Part shown: in pieces, positions 28,191 through 38,413 of the stretch
Layout: each line of letters starts with the position of its first letter
How positions within the stretch are numbered: position 1 is the first letter of the stretch
Assembly: GCA_045603045.1 (NCBI GenBank)
Contig: JAZULJ010000018.1
Location: forward strand, 1,067-65,066
DNA from: Alistipes sp.
GTDB taxonomy: Bacteria > Bacteroidota > Bacteroidia > Bacteroidales > Rikenellaceae
Length of the DNA: 64,000 nt
Direction: 5' to 3'
Translations under genes and position numbers: made by a program
The notes under the pieces: model-generated
The model's input: the letters and a program-made list of their open reading frames with translations, nothing else
Databases searched by the model: none
Told to the model about the DNA's origin: nothing

Positions 28191-29861
28191 CTATACAATA
28201 CCCTCAACGGTACCATCCTCCGCGAGGTGTATATTACCCGCCTGCGGGGTTTTGCTAAGACCCGGCATACGCATAATATCGCCTGCCAAAGCCACGATAA
28301 AACCACTACCGGCGTTGAGCTCGATATCTTTGATATTTATCTCGAAGCCCTCAACCGAGCCATAGCGCTTGGCATCGGCACTAAACGAGAACTGCGTCTT
28401 GGCGATACACACGGGGAGATTGCCCATATTCCACCTCTCCAAGAGCTCAATCTGCTTCTTGGCCTTGGGCCCGAAGACTACCGAGCCGGCACCATATATA
28501 TTCTTTGCCACCTTCGTAATCTTCTCCTTGATGCTATCTTCAAGGTTGTAGGCATACTTGATAGGCCCCGAAGGCTGCGTCTCGATAAGCTCCACTGCGG
28601 CACGCGCAAGGTCAGCTGCACCTGCGCCACCCTCCGAATAGGCGTTGTTTATCACGCAGCGCACACCCAGCTCCTCGCAGTGTTTCATGACCATATCAAT
28701 CTCCTCGTCGGTATCGCTTGCAAAGCGATTGAAACATATCAGGATGGTCTGACCGAACTTTTTAAGGTTGGCCACATGGCGGTCGAGGTTTGCAAAACCA
28801 TGCTGCAAGCCCTCGGCATTGGGCAACTTAATCTCCGTCTCGGGCACGCCGCCGTGCATCTTCAATGCGAGGGTTGAGGCTACAAGGACCGTAAGGTCGG
28901 GTTTTATATCGGCCTGACGACACTTGATATCGAGGAACTTCTCGGCGCCAAGGTCGGCACCGAAGCCCGCCTCGGTAACGGTATATTCTGCGTGCGTCAT
29001 GGCCATCTTGGTCGCGATAACCGAGTTACAGCCGTGCGCAATATTTGCGAAGGGACCACCATGGATGATGACGGGGTTATGCTCCGTGGTCTGCACAAGG
29101 TTGGGGTTGATGGCATCCTTCAACAGCGCCACAACAGCACCCGTAACGCCGAGGTCATTGACAGTGAGCGGAGTATCGTCGTAGCGTACGCCAAGCACGA
29201 TGCGACCGATGCGCACATACAAATCCTCGACGTTGCGCGCAAGGCACAATATAGCCATAATCTCCGATGCAGGGGTAATATCGAAGCCTGTCTCGGTAGG
29301 TATGCCGTTTGCCGAGCCACCCAAGCCCGAGACAATATTACGTAGTGAGCGGTCGTTCATGTCGAGCACACGACGCCACATGACGCGCTTCAAACCCACT
29401 TGCGTTGAGCGGTTGTGGTATAGGTAGTTATCCAATAGTGCGGCGATGAGATTGTTTGCCGAGGTAACGGCGTGGAAGTCGCCCGTAAAGTGAAGGTTGA
29501 TATCCTCCGAGGGTAACACCTGAGCATAGCCACCACCCGTAGCGCCACCCTTCATACCGAAGCAGGGACCAAGCGAGGGCTCACGAAGGGCAATGATAGC
29601 CTTCTTGCCGATATGGTTGAGACCCATGCCGAGGCCTATGCTCACAGTTGTCTTGCCGACACCCGCCTTTGTAGCAGTGATGGCCGTAACAAGAATAAGA
29701 TGGTTCTTGGCGACCTGCTTCTCGTCAATTAGCTTATATGGCACCTTGGCAATGTACTTGCCGTAGTTAAATATCTCATCTTCGGGAAAACCGGCCTGGG
29801 CTGCAATATCACGAATATTTTTCAATTTCGTCTCGCGAGCAATCTCTATATCTGTCTTCAT
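28191..29861 (-). CDS. fhs: Formate--tetrahydrofolate ligase
   Basis: [45 protein letters not shown] and MRMPGL. Confidence 0.97.
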   Translation of the reverse strand: MKTDIEIARETKLKNIRDIAAQAGFPEDEIFNYGKYIAKVPYKLIDEKQVAKNHLILVTAITATKAGVGKTTVSIGLGMGLNHIGKKAIIALREPSLGPCFGMKGGATGGGYAQVLPSEDINLHFTGDFHAVTSANNLIAALLDNYLYHNRSTQVGLKRVMWRRVLDMNDRSLRNIVSGLGGSANGIPTETGFDITPASEIMAILCLARNVEDLYVRIGRIVLGVRYDDTPLTVNDLGVTGAVVALLKDAINPNLVQTTEHNPVIIHGGPFANIAHGCNSVIATKMAMTHAEYTVTEAGFGADLGAEKFLDIKCRQADIKPDLTVLVASTLALKMHGGVPETEIKLPNAEGLQHGFANLDRHVANLKKFGQTILICFNRFASDTDEEIDMVMKHCEELGVRCVINNAYSEGGAGAADLARAAVELIETQPSGPIKYAYNLEDSIKEKITKVAKNIYGAGSVVFGPKAKKQIELLERWNMGNLPVCIAKTQFSFSADAKRYGSVEGFEINIKDIELNAGSGFIVALAGDIMRMPGLSKTPQAGNIHLAEDGTVEGIV

Positions 29862-30076
29862 ATCTTTATATTTATTTTAATTATTATCGTTTTAGCATAT
29901 ACCATAATCATACAATGACGAGAGCAAAATTACATAAAATTTCATAAGTTTTGCTATTATTTATCAATATTTTGTATTCTTTTTACTGATGCACATATAA
30001 GCTAAACAAATAGCTGCATTTTTTTACCTATCTTAGCAACATATTTTGTATCTTTGTCGTATAATCAGTTTCCTCT

Positions 30077-31873
30077 ATGAACCTCACTTCACGTGCACTT
30101 ATCGGGCTGGCTATCGGCGGCATCGTCGCTGTGTTGTTTACTGCTTCCGGGAGCGCACAATGCAGGCCCGACAATGACGACATAGGCCGCTACCCCATAT
30201 ACGATTACGAGGAGCCACGTGTGGGCACCATACCCGATGCTGCGGAGTGGGCAAAGGTTGATGATGGCTTGAACCTCACATGGGCATCTCGCGATGTTCA
30301 CTACTCGCTGCACAGCGTACCCAAAGTGCTGCATCAGACGCACGCAACAATATCGGCATGGCGCGGCGAACGTGCCAACATCGTAGCCCTCATTTACAGC
30401 AAACGCGACGAGGGCACGCTGCGTGTTCAGATGAGCGAGTGGCGCAGAGACGGCGAGCCTACGGGCATAAGGTCGTCTATGGCACGCTTCGTAAACTACG
30501 TAATAACGGATGACTACAAGGCGTGCGGCGACCACCCCACATCGCTCGAAGGGTGGCTGGTGCCGGATGTCATCGACCTCGATAAGCCACGCCACATATC
30601 AGCAATGCAGACGCGCCCCGTGTGGTGCAGCATTGAGGTACCTCGCGATATTGCGCCGGGCGAGTATGAGTGTGAGCTACAAGCCATCGATGAGGAGGGC
30701 TTGGTGGTGGCGAGTATTCAGTTGACAATCGCCGTAAACAGACACACACTACCCGAAGTCTCGCAGCAGAGATTTCACCTCGACCTATGGCAGCAACCCT
30801 ACGCCATAAGCCGATATCATGGCGTCGAGCGTTGGAGCGACGACCATATCGAAGCACTACGTCCCTATCTACAAGCCTTGGGGCGCGCCGGACAATCTGT
30901 CATATCGGCAATACTCTTTTACGAGCCATGGGGCATGCAGACACACGAGCCCGACCGCTTCGAGCCCATGGTACAGACCATAAAGAGCAAGGAGGGTACA
31001 TGGCGTTACGACTACACGATATTCGACCGCTACGTAACACTATGCGCCGAGTGCGGAATAAGCCGTCAGATAAGTTGTTTCAGCATGGTGCCCTGGGATA
31101 TGAGTTTCAGGTACTACGACGAGGCAACCGCCGACTACAAATACTTGATTACCAAGACATCAGACGCCGAGTACCGCGAGCTTTGGAATAGTTTTCTCGC
31201 CTCGTTCAAGGCACACCTAACAGCAAAGGGGTGGTTCGAGAAGACCTATATCGCCATGGATGAACGCTCCGAGGAGGATATGCACAACGCCTACAATATC
31301 GCTGTGTCATATGGCTTTAAGGTGGCCTTAGCGGGCAACTATCACGCCTCGCTCATCGACAAACTCAACGATTTTAGCATTGCCTACGGGCAGCTCGACT
31401 ATCTTCGTGCGTCGGAGTTGCGCCACCGCCAGGAGGCGGGATACACCACAACCTTCTACACATGTTGCGCCGATGTAGAGCCCAACATCTACTCCAACTC
31501 TCTACCCGCCGAGGCAGCCTTTATTCCAATATATGCCGCAGCCCTGAACCTCGATGGCTACCTCCATTGGTCGTGGGTAAATTGGGACGAGGCACCCCTC
31601 ATGGATAGCCGTTACCGACTCTTCGGCGCGGGCGACACCTACTTCTACTACCCCGGCAACCGTTCGAGCGTTCGCTTTGAGCGTCTTATCGAGGGCATAC
31701 AGCAGTACGAGAAGATATTTACGTTGCGCGAGGAGTTTAAGGAGAACCCCGAGAACCTCGCTCTGCTCGATGCGATGTTGCAGGATGTTGCCCTCAGCAC
31801 GGGTACGGGCACGGAGTGCGCAACCATAGTCAACGATATAGAGCATTTCCTAAATGGCGGATACGTCGAATAA
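30077..31873 (+). CDS. GH123-like beta-N-acetylgalactosaminidase (C-terminal DUF4091)
   Basis: Signal peptide, LWQQP, FEPMV, YIAMDE acid pair, GYLHWS and YPG...SVRFERLIEGIQQYEK (DUF4091). Confidence 0.75.
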   Translation: MNLTSRALIGLAIGGIVAVLFTASGSAQCRPDNDDIGRYPIYDYEEPRVGTIPDAAEWAKVDDGLNLTWASRDVHYSLHSVPKVLHQTHATISAWRGERANIVALIYSKRDEGTLRVQMSEWRRDGEPTGIRSSMARFVNYVITDDYKACGDHPTSLEGWLVPDVIDLDKPRHISAMQTRPVWCSIEVPRDIAPGEYECELQAIDEEGLVVASIQLTIAVNRHTLPEVSQQRFHLDLWQQPYAISRYHGVERWSDDHIEALRPYLQALGRAGQSVISAILFYEPWGMQTHEPDRFEPMVQTIKSKEGTWRYDYTIFDRYVTLCAECGISRQISCFSMVPWDMSFRYYDEATADYKYLITKTSDAEYRELWNSFLASFKAHLTAKGWFEKTYIAMDERSEEDMHNAYNIAVSYGFKVALAGNYHASLIDKLNDFSIAYGQLDYLRASELRHRQEAGYTTTFYTCCADVEPNIYSNSLPAEAAFIPIYAAALNLDGYLHWSWVNWDEAPLMDSRYRLFGAGDTYFYYPGNRSSVRFERLIEGIQQYEKIFTLREEFKENPENLALLDAMLQDVALSTGTGTECATIVNDIEHFLNGGYVE

Positions 31874-31882
31874 CATACCTCT

Positions 31883-33244
31883 ATGAACTCATTTAAGATT
31901 ATCGCCGTTATAGCTGCCCTCATGACACTGAGCGTGTCGTGCGCAGAAAACGAAACATCCAATAATCCACCTATCGACGAGGAGTACTATGCCCCACCCG
32001 TCAAGCAGGAGCTCTTCAACACGAGCCGTGGAGATGGTGTCATGCCGCCCTATCGCATTCCGGGTATCACTGTAACACAAAACGGCACCCTTATAGCTAC
32101 GGCAGCACGCTTAGTCTGCGGCACAGACCCGGGCTATGGCCGCAACGATATCGTATGTCGCCGAAGCTACGACAACGGAGCATCATGGAGCGACATTGAA
32201 GACGTTGCCGTAGGCACGGGCATAACATCGGCCACGGAGAACTTCTTCGACACCGCTTTCGGAGACCCCGCCATCGTCGCCGACCGCACCAGCGACGAGG
32301 TGCTCGTGATGGCTGTCGCCGGCTGTACGGTATATGGCAACAGCAACACCACACGTCAAAATCCCCAGCTCATAGCAGCCATACGCAGTATGGACGGAGG
32401 TTATACATGGCTGCCGCCGACCGATGTTACCGAGAACATATACACCCTCTTCGATGGCAAGAAACCCCTTGCCGCAGCCTTTGTAAGCGGTGGTAACATC
32501 TTCCAGAGCCGCGTAATTAAGAGTGGCGACTACTTCCGTATCTATATTGCGCTGTGCGCTCGTCCCAATGGCAACCGCGTTCTCTACTCCGACGACTTCG
32601 GCCGCACATGGTCAGTGCTGGGTGGCGCCATGTGCTACCCTATCCCCGATGGAGATGAGGCGAAGTGCGAGGAGTTGCCCAATGGCGATGTGGTATTATC
32701 GAGCCGAATGAGTGGCGGCCGCCTGTACAACATATTCACATATAGCGATACGACCACGGCACAGGGTTCATGGGATAAGCCCAAAGTTACGACATTCGTT
32801 GGCTCGGGTCATGCCATGGGTCGCAATGCTACGAATGGCGATATTTTGATTATTCCCGTCATCCGCAATAGCGATGGCTGTCGTTCACACCTACTATTGC
32901 AGTCAATACCCACGGGTGATAACCGCTCACAATTGGGCATATACTACAAAGAGTTTGTCGATAGTGGCGAGCTACGTACGGCACAGGACTTTGTTATCGG
33001 CTGGGATGGTTTTTTCCTCGTCAGCGAGACCGACTCGGCATATAGCTCCATGATTTTGCAAGCCAATAAGCGCATAGCTCTCATCTATGAGGAGACACTC
33101 ACAGGCTTCGGCAAACGTCCTAATCCAATATCAACCTGCTTCCCCAATGGAGAGGGTACGCATAATTTCGACGGCTTCGACAATATCTATGTATCCTACA
33201 CTATCGACCATATCACCGACGGAGCATATAGCATAGCGAGATAG
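31883..33244 (+). CDS. GH33 sialidase-family lipoprotein
   Basis: Lipobox SVS-C, YRIP, three Asp-boxes (SYDNGASW, SMDGGYTW, SDDFGRTW), DEAKCEEL...SSR and AYS. Confidence 0.85.
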   Translation: MNSFKIIAVIAALMTLSVSCAENETSNNPPIDEEYYAPPVKQELFNTSRGDGVMPPYRIPGITVTQNGTLIATAARLVCGTDPGYGRNDIVCRRSYDNGASWSDIEDVAVGTGITSATENFFDTAFGDPAIVADRTSDEVLVMAVAGCTVYGNSNTTRQNPQLIAAIRSMDGGYTWLPPTDVTENIYTLFDGKKPLAAAFVSGGNIFQSRVIKSGDYFRIYIALCARPNGNRVLYSDDFGRTWSVLGGAMCYPIPDGDEAKCEELPNGDVVLSSRMSGGRLYNIFTYSDTTTAQGSWDKPKVTTFVGSGHAMGRNATNGDILIIPVIRNSDGCRSHLLLQSIPTGDNRSQLGIYYKEFVDSGELRTAQDFVIGWDGFFLVSETDSAYSSMILQANKRIALIYEETLTGFGKRPNPISTCFPNGEGTHNFDGFDNIYVSYTIDHITDGAYSIAR

Positions 33245-33360
33245 TGGGTGCTCGCATATGGGCGCACTGCGCAGCGGGGCTCGCGCCCGTATAGCGACAC
33301 TGACGAGCGACATAACCACAAACAAAAAAAGAAGCTACTTTCGTAACTTCTTCTCGGTTG

Positions 33361-33435
33361 TGGGAGTTGACGGATTCGAACCGCCGACCCTCTGCTTGTA
33401 AGGCAGATGCTCTGAACCAGCTGAGCTAAACTCCC
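33361..33435 (-). tRNA. tRNA-Val(TAC)
   Basis: GGGAGTT acceptor, TCTGC-CT-TAC-AA-GCAGA, GGTTCGAATCC. Confidence 0.95.
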
Positions 33436-33601
33436 CTTTTGTTAAGGCTCGGGATTGCAAAGGTAGTGATTATTTTTTTATCTGCAAACTTTTCGATAAG
33501 TTTTTTAAGAGTCTTGTCATCTTCGATGCTCGACCGCGTCGTCCGCTTACCTATTGCAGAGTTATCGTTTGCTACCTCTTAGTGCATCCCTCGCACTTAT
33601 G

Positions 33602-33675
33602 CGCCTGAACAAGGACTTGAACCTAGGACCCCATGATTAACAGTCATGTGCTCTAACCAACTGAGCTATTCAGGC
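33602..33675 (-). tRNA. tRNA-Asn(GTT)
   Basis: GCCTGAA acceptor, CATGA-CT-GTT-AA-TCATG, GGTTCAAGTCC. Confidence 0.95.
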
Positions 33676-33885
33676 ATTGTAAAGAACGTCTTTGCGTTGT
33701 TTTGCGGTGCAAATATAGAGCATATTTTTCAAACTCCAAACTTTTTACAACATTTTTTTTGATTTTTTTTATCTCTTTTTTAGCGCCCACATCAAAACAT
33801 ATTGATAACGTGCATATTACGACTTACGTTCGTTTTGCGATTTCTTTTATTTGGATATCCGGCCGATAACCACTATATTTGTAGT

Positions 33886-34980
33886 GTGAAACACTTATAT
33901 AAATATATAGTCGCTCTTATGCTGGTACTCTCCGCTCACGTCGTCATGGCGCAAGGCACCGAGAGTGCGCTTCGTTTCGAGGCCACGACATACAACTACG
34001 GCCATATAAACGAGGAGGGAGGTGCAGCTGTTAGCACATTTAGCGCCATAAATACCGGAAGAGAGGATATCGTCATCGTGCAGGTACTCACATCGTGTGG
34101 CTGCACCTCGGCGAAGTACGACAAGGGGGTCATCGCCCCGGGCGAGGAGTTCTCGATGCAGGTAGAGTTCGACCCCTATAACCGCCCGGGACGCATAGAT
34201 AAGAGCCTATATGTTTATACCTCGGATAGCGAAGAGGTAATTCGCCTAAAAATTATCGGCTACGTGATACCTCGCGAACGCTCCATCGACGAACTCTTTC
34301 CCTTCTACATGGGTGGAGGCCTACGCCTACAAAGTAATTTCCACTCCTTCTCGTACATCGAGCATGGCGCCACTATCGAGGAGCGCATAGGCTACGTCAA
34401 CGACTCCGACAAAGAGATAGAGATTGTGTTGCTCCCCACTCTATCGTCGGGAGCCCTTAATATAGAGTATGCCCGCACCATAGCTCCCCATGCCATGGGC
34501 GACATCGTGCTACGCTACTCACTCCCCTTCCGAAGCACGCGCTACGGAACACTGAACGACCACCTGAGGGTAGTTGTAGATGGCGTAGCCTCCGAGATGC
34601 TACTCACCACACATGCCGTAGCGGTGGATAATTTCAACTTTATGGATGATATTTCGGCACCAAGAGCCGAAATTCCAAAAAAAATTATTAAATTTGGGGT
34701 TGTAAAGTGCGAGGATGCAACCTTGGAGGATAGCTTCACCGTGCGCAACGATGGGGCATCACCGCTCTATATACGTTGCGTGGAGTGTAGCAGCGAGGCA
34801 ATTGTGTGCAACATCGTCCCCGATACGGTCATTGCTACGGGCGAAGAGCAGACATTTGTCGTAAGTTTTAATCCGAAGAGTATCAACCCCGACATCCCCT
34901 TTACGGGACGCATAACACTCATCTTAAATGATATGGTGCGTCCCATGCAGCAGATAAAGGTGAGCGCTCTACCCGAATAG
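33886..34980 (+). CDS. DUF1573 domain (Ig-like) secreted protein
   Basis: Signal peptide, YNYGHINEE, TSCGCT, IAPGE and a second CSS-type module; GTG start 4 nt after a TATATTTG element. Confidence 0.85.
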   Translation: MKHLYKYIVALMLVLSAHVVMAQGTESALRFEATTYNYGHINEEGGAAVSTFSAINTGREDIVIVQVLTSCGCTSAKYDKGVIAPGEEFSMQVEFDPYNRPGRIDKSLYVYTSDSEEVIRLKIIGYVIPRERSIDELFPFYMGGGLRLQSNFHSFSYIEHGATIEERIGYVNDSDKEIEIVLLPTLSSGALNIEYARTIAPHAMGDIVLRYSLPFRSTRYGTLNDHLRVVVDGVASEMLLTTHAVAVDNFNFMDDISAPRAEIPKKIIKFGVVKCEDATLEDSFTVRNDGASPLYIRCVECSSEAIVCNIVPDTVIATGEEQTFVVSFNPKSINPDIPFTGRITLILNDMVRPMQQIKVSALPE

Positions 34981-35034
34981 GACGACCCGAGAGAGTAAAC
35001 AGAAACGTAACGCAAACTATTAAAATAACACAGA

Positions 35035-35898
35035 ATGTTTAAGATTGTCGAAAAACGCAAACTTGCCGAGAACATCTACGAGATGAAGATTGCGGCAGAG
35101 CGTGTAGCACGAGCTGCCCTACCCGGACAGTTTGTTATTGTACGTGCCGACGAGGGTGGCGAGCGTATTCCGCTCACCATTGCCGACTACGACACCGAGG
35201 CCGGCACGGTAACCATCGTAACGCAGACCATAGGTCTCTCAACCAAAAAGATATGCGCCTTAGAGGTTGGAGACTCGTTAGCCGACTTCGCAGGCCCGTT
35301 GGGTCGCCCCTCGGAGTTCGTACATATGCCCGAGGAGGAACTGCGCAAGCGCAAGTATCTCTTCGTTGCGGGTGGTGTGGGTACCGCCCCCGTATATCCA
35401 CAGGTTAAGTGGGTGCACCAGCACGGCGTAGAGTGCGACGTCATCATCGGCGCCAAAACCAAAGGTATGCTCATCTATACCGACATGATGCGCGAAGTGG
35501 GCAACGTACACATCGCCACCGACGATGGCACCGAGGGCTACAAGGGCATGGTTACAGGCCTCATGAAGGAACTCGTGGAGGTTGAGCAACGCAAGTACGA
35601 CGAGTGCGTATGTATCGGCCCGATGATTATGATGAAGTTTGTATGTCTCACGACCAAGCCCTGGGCATTGCAGACCACCGTATCGCTCAACGCCCTCATG
35701 GTCGATGGTACAGGCATGTGTGGTGCCTGCCGCGTGTCGGTAGGTGGCAAGACACTCTTTACGTGTGTCGATGGCCCCGAGTTCGACGGTCATCAGGTAG
35801 ATTTCGACGAGGCTATGCGCCGCCAGTCGATGTATCGCAAACAGGAGAAGAGCGCAACAGAGAACCACAAACATCACTGCAACTGTTATGGCAAATAA
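35035..35898 (+). CDS. nfnA: NfnA-like ferredoxin-NADP+ reductase small subunit (FAD, [2Fe-2S])
   Basis: PGQFVIVR, ERIPLTIAD, GGVGTAP and DGTGMCGACRV. Confidence 0.85.
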   Translation: MFKIVEKRKLAENIYEMKIAAERVARAALPGQFVIVRADEGGERIPLTIADYDTEAGTVTIVTQTIGLSTKKICALEVGDSLADFAGPLGRPSEFVHMPEEELRKRKYLFVAGGVGTAPVYPQVKWVHQHGVECDVIIGAKTKGMLIYTDMMREVGNVHIATDDGTEGYKGMVTGLMKELVEVEQRKYDECVCIGPMIMMKFVCLTTKPWALQTTVSLNALMVDGTGMCGACRVSVGGKTLFTCVDGPEFDGHQVDFDEAMRRQSMYRKQEKSATENHKHHCNCYGK

Positions 35899-37282
35899 AA
35901 TACCGCGTGTCCCCGTCCGCGAACAGAATCCGGTAGTGCGCGCTACCAACTTCGACGAGGTATGTTACGGCTACAACTGGGAGGAGGCATCGTTGGAGGC
36001 CACCCGCTGTCTGAATTGCAAGAATCCGCGTTGCGTGGCTGCCTGCCCCGTGAACATCCGCATCCCCGACTTCATTCACCATATCACCGAGGGTAATCTG
36101 CGAGGTGCTGCCGACACCATCCACCTCGACAGCTCGTTGCCCTCAATCTGTGGACGTGTATGTCCCCAGGAGTCGCAGTGCGAGGGCTCGTGTGTCCTCG
36201 GCATCAAGGGTGAGCCTGTGGCTATCGGCAAACTCGAGCGCTTTGTAGGCGACTGGGCCTTGGATAACTCTGCCGAAACCTCAGATGTAGTAATTACACC
36301 CAATGGCAAGCGCGTAGCCGTAGTAGGTAGTGGTCCCGCAGGTCTGGCATGTGCCAGCGACCTTGCGAAGATGGGCTACGAGGTGCATGTTTTTGAGGCG
36401 CTCCACAAACTCGGCGGCGTACTTGTTTATGGTATTCCCGAATTCCGTCTGCCCAAAGAGCGTGTTGTTGCTCGCGAGATTAACGAGGTCAAGAAGCTTG
36501 GTGTTAAGTTCGAGACCGACGTTATCATAGGTCGCACGATGACCATCGACTCACTCCTCGACAAGGAGGGCTACGACGCCGTCTTCGTAGGCTCGGGTGC
36601 CGGCCTTCCCCGCTTCATGGGCATCGAGGGTGAGAATCTCAATGGTGTGCTCTCGGCAAACGAGTTCCTCACACGCGTAAACCTCATGGGTGCCTGGAAT
36701 GCCGAGACGTCGGATACCCCCGTATATGTTGGCCGTAAGGTTGTCGTTGTTGGTGGCGGTAACGTTGCCATGGATGCTGTGCGTACCGCAAAGCGTCTTG
36801 GAGCTGAGGCCGTAATCGTATATCGTCGCGGCGAGGCGGAGCTCCCTGCACGTAAGGAGGAGGTACATCACGCCAAGGAGGAGGGCATCGAGTTCCGCAT
36901 GCTCACCAACCCCACACGTATCCTCGGCACGGAGGATGGTTGGGTTAAGGGCATCAACTGCGTGGAGATGGAACTTGGCGAGCCCGATGCAAGTGGTCGT
37001 CGCTCACCTCAGGAGAGGGCTGGCTCGGACTTCACCATCGACTGCGATGTTGTCATCATGGCACTCGGAACATCACCCAACCCGCTTATTGCCTCAACAA
37101 CAGGCGGCCTGAACATCAACCGTCGTGGCTGCATCGAGGCCGACGAGATGGGCACAACCTCTCGCGAGGGAGTATTTGCCGGCGGCGATGCCGTTACGGG
37201 CGCAGCTACGGTAATCTTGGCTATGGGCGCCGGCCGTAAGGGTGCCAAGGCCATAGACGAGTATATCAAGTCGAAGAGATAA
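35888..37282 (+). CDS. nfnB: NfnB-like large subunit (often annotated as NADPH-dependent glutamate synthase small chain)
   Basis: RCLNCKNPRCVAACPV, CGRVCPQESQCE, GSGPAG and GGGNVAMD; overlaps nfnA by 11 bp; no gltB in the window. Confidence 0.85.
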   Translation: MANKIPRVPVREQNPVVRATNFDEVCYGYNWEEASLEATRCLNCKNPRCVAACPVNIRIPDFIHHITEGNLRGAADTIHLDSSLPSICGRVCPQESQCEGSCVLGIKGEPVAIGKLERFVGDWALDNSAETSDVVITPNGKRVAVVGSGPAGLACASDLAKMGYEVHVFEALHKLGGVLVYGIPEFRLPKERVVAREINEVKKLGVKFETDVIIGRTMTIDSLLDKEGYDAVFVGSGAGLPRFMGIEGENLNGVLSANEFLTRVNLMGAWNAETSDTPVYVGRKVVVVGGGNVAMDAVRTAKRLGAEAVIVYRRGEAELPARKEEVHHAKEEGIEFRMLTNPTRILGTEDGWVKGINCVEMELGEPDASGRRSPQERAGSDFTIDCDVVIMALGTSPNPLIASTTGGLNINRRGCIEADEMGTTSREGVFAGGDAVTGAATVILAMGAGRKGAKAIDEYIKSKR

Positions 37283-37295
37283 CAAACAACTTTAA

Positions 37296-37487
37296 GGGAG
37301 ATACTATAAATTAGGTCGAGCGATTTTTGAAGGACGTTTCGAGCATATTGCCAAACTCTTTGGGAGCGCACAATGCTAAGCATTGTAACCGAGATAAGAT
37401 GAGAAGGCTACCCCAAAAAATCAAAAGCGACCGAAATATAATCTCCCGAAGAGACGAATAATTGTTTACTCATTTATAGAACATCTC
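37296..37487 (+). repeat. ~190-bp structured intergenic element (family B, copy 2) upstream of the aquaporin gene
   Basis: GGGAGAT...GGTCG...GGGAGCGCACAATG-CTAAG-CATTGTAACC...CGACCGAAA...ATCTCCC...ATTTATAGAACATCTC. Confidence 0.8.
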
Positions 37488-37503
37488 TTAACAACTTAAT
37501 ATT

Positions 37504-38211
37504 ATGGAACAGATTTTTCAGAAGAAGTATTTCGCCGAGATGCTGGGTACCTTGGTACTTGTTTTCCTCGGTTGCGGCACAGCGCTGTTTACACACGTGA
37601 ATATCGTTGCTACGGCTTTCGCCTTCGGTCTTTCGGTTGTTGCCATGGCATATACCATCGGTAACTTCTCGGGTTGCCATATCAACCCCGCCATCACCTT
37701 TGCGGCATGGCTTTCAAAGCGTATCTCAGGTTTCGACGCGTGCTTGTACGTTATCTTCCAGTTCATCGGCGGTATCCTCGGAACACTCCTTTTGTTCATG
37801 ATTGTCCCCGAGACCAAGGATTGTGCATTTGGCGCTAACTTAGCCCCCGTTGAGGAGATAAACCTCTCGGGCAACGTCGAATATTACCTCGGCACAGCCT
37901 TTGGCGCAGAGGTGCTCTTTACCTTCATCTTCGTATTGGTAGTATTGGCTACTACCGATGAGAAGCATGGTGCAGGTAACAAGGCAGGTCTCTACATCGG
38001 CTTAACCCTCGCGCTGGTACACCTCGCCTGCATCGGTATCACCGGCACATCGGTTAACCCCGCACGTTCATTTGGCCCGGCACTCTTTGCTGGCGACGAC
38101 TACCTTAGCCAGATATGGATTTTCTTGTTAGCACCCACCATTGGTGCTGCTATTGCAGCAGGCGTTTGGGCGCTGTTTACCGACAAGGTTAAGTTCAATG
38201 TAACCAAGTAA
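37504..38211 (+). CDS. MIP family channel (AqpZ-like aquaporin)
   Basis: Two NPA motifs (GCHINPA, TSVNPARS); His in the ar/R position. Confidence 0.92.
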   Translation: MEQIFQKKYFAEMLGTLVLVFLGCGTALFTHVNIVATAFAFGLSVVAMAYTIGNFSGCHINPAITFAAWLSKRISGFDACLYVIFQFIGGILGTLLLFMIVPETKDCAFGANLAPVEEINLSGNVEYYLGTAFGAEVLFTFIFVLVVLATTDEKHGAGNKAGLYIGLTLALVHLACIGITGTSVNPARSFGPALFAGDDYLSQIWIFLLAPTIGAAIAAGVWALFTDKVKFNVTK

Positions 38212-38230
38212 TATGTTGGATAGCATGATG

Positions 38231-38343
38231 GAGGCTGACTAAAAAGTCTATTTGTCGCGACGCTCGCAAAATGTTCATTTACACATAGTAAATTCCATAT
38301 TTGGGGCTTCGCAGGTCAAAGCGACATCTTTTCATTCAACCTC
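38231..38343. repeat. ~113-bp imperfect palindrome (REP-like)
   Basis: GAGGCTGA/TCAACCTC, TGTCGC/GCGACA and ATTTAC/GTAAAT nested pairings. Confidence 0.6.
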
Positions 38344-38353
38344 ATAACAAAAC

Positions 38354-38385
38354 GGGGATGGCTAAAAAGTAATTTAGCCATCCCC
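38354..38385. terminator. Bidirectional terminator (repeat family C, copy 2)
   Basis: GGGGATGGCTAA / TTAGCCATCCCC. Confidence 0.8.
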
Positions 38386-38413
38386 TTATTAAAGCTATAT
38401 GTATGCTCCCACA

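Noticed and set aside
28179-28877. 232-aa antisense ORF, and the many similar long antisense or alternate-frame ORFs (e.g. 43135-43740, 35278-35949, 23436-24311)
   Set aside because: They lie wholly over well-supported genes, have no motifs, and are expected from codon bias in GC-rich coding DNA.
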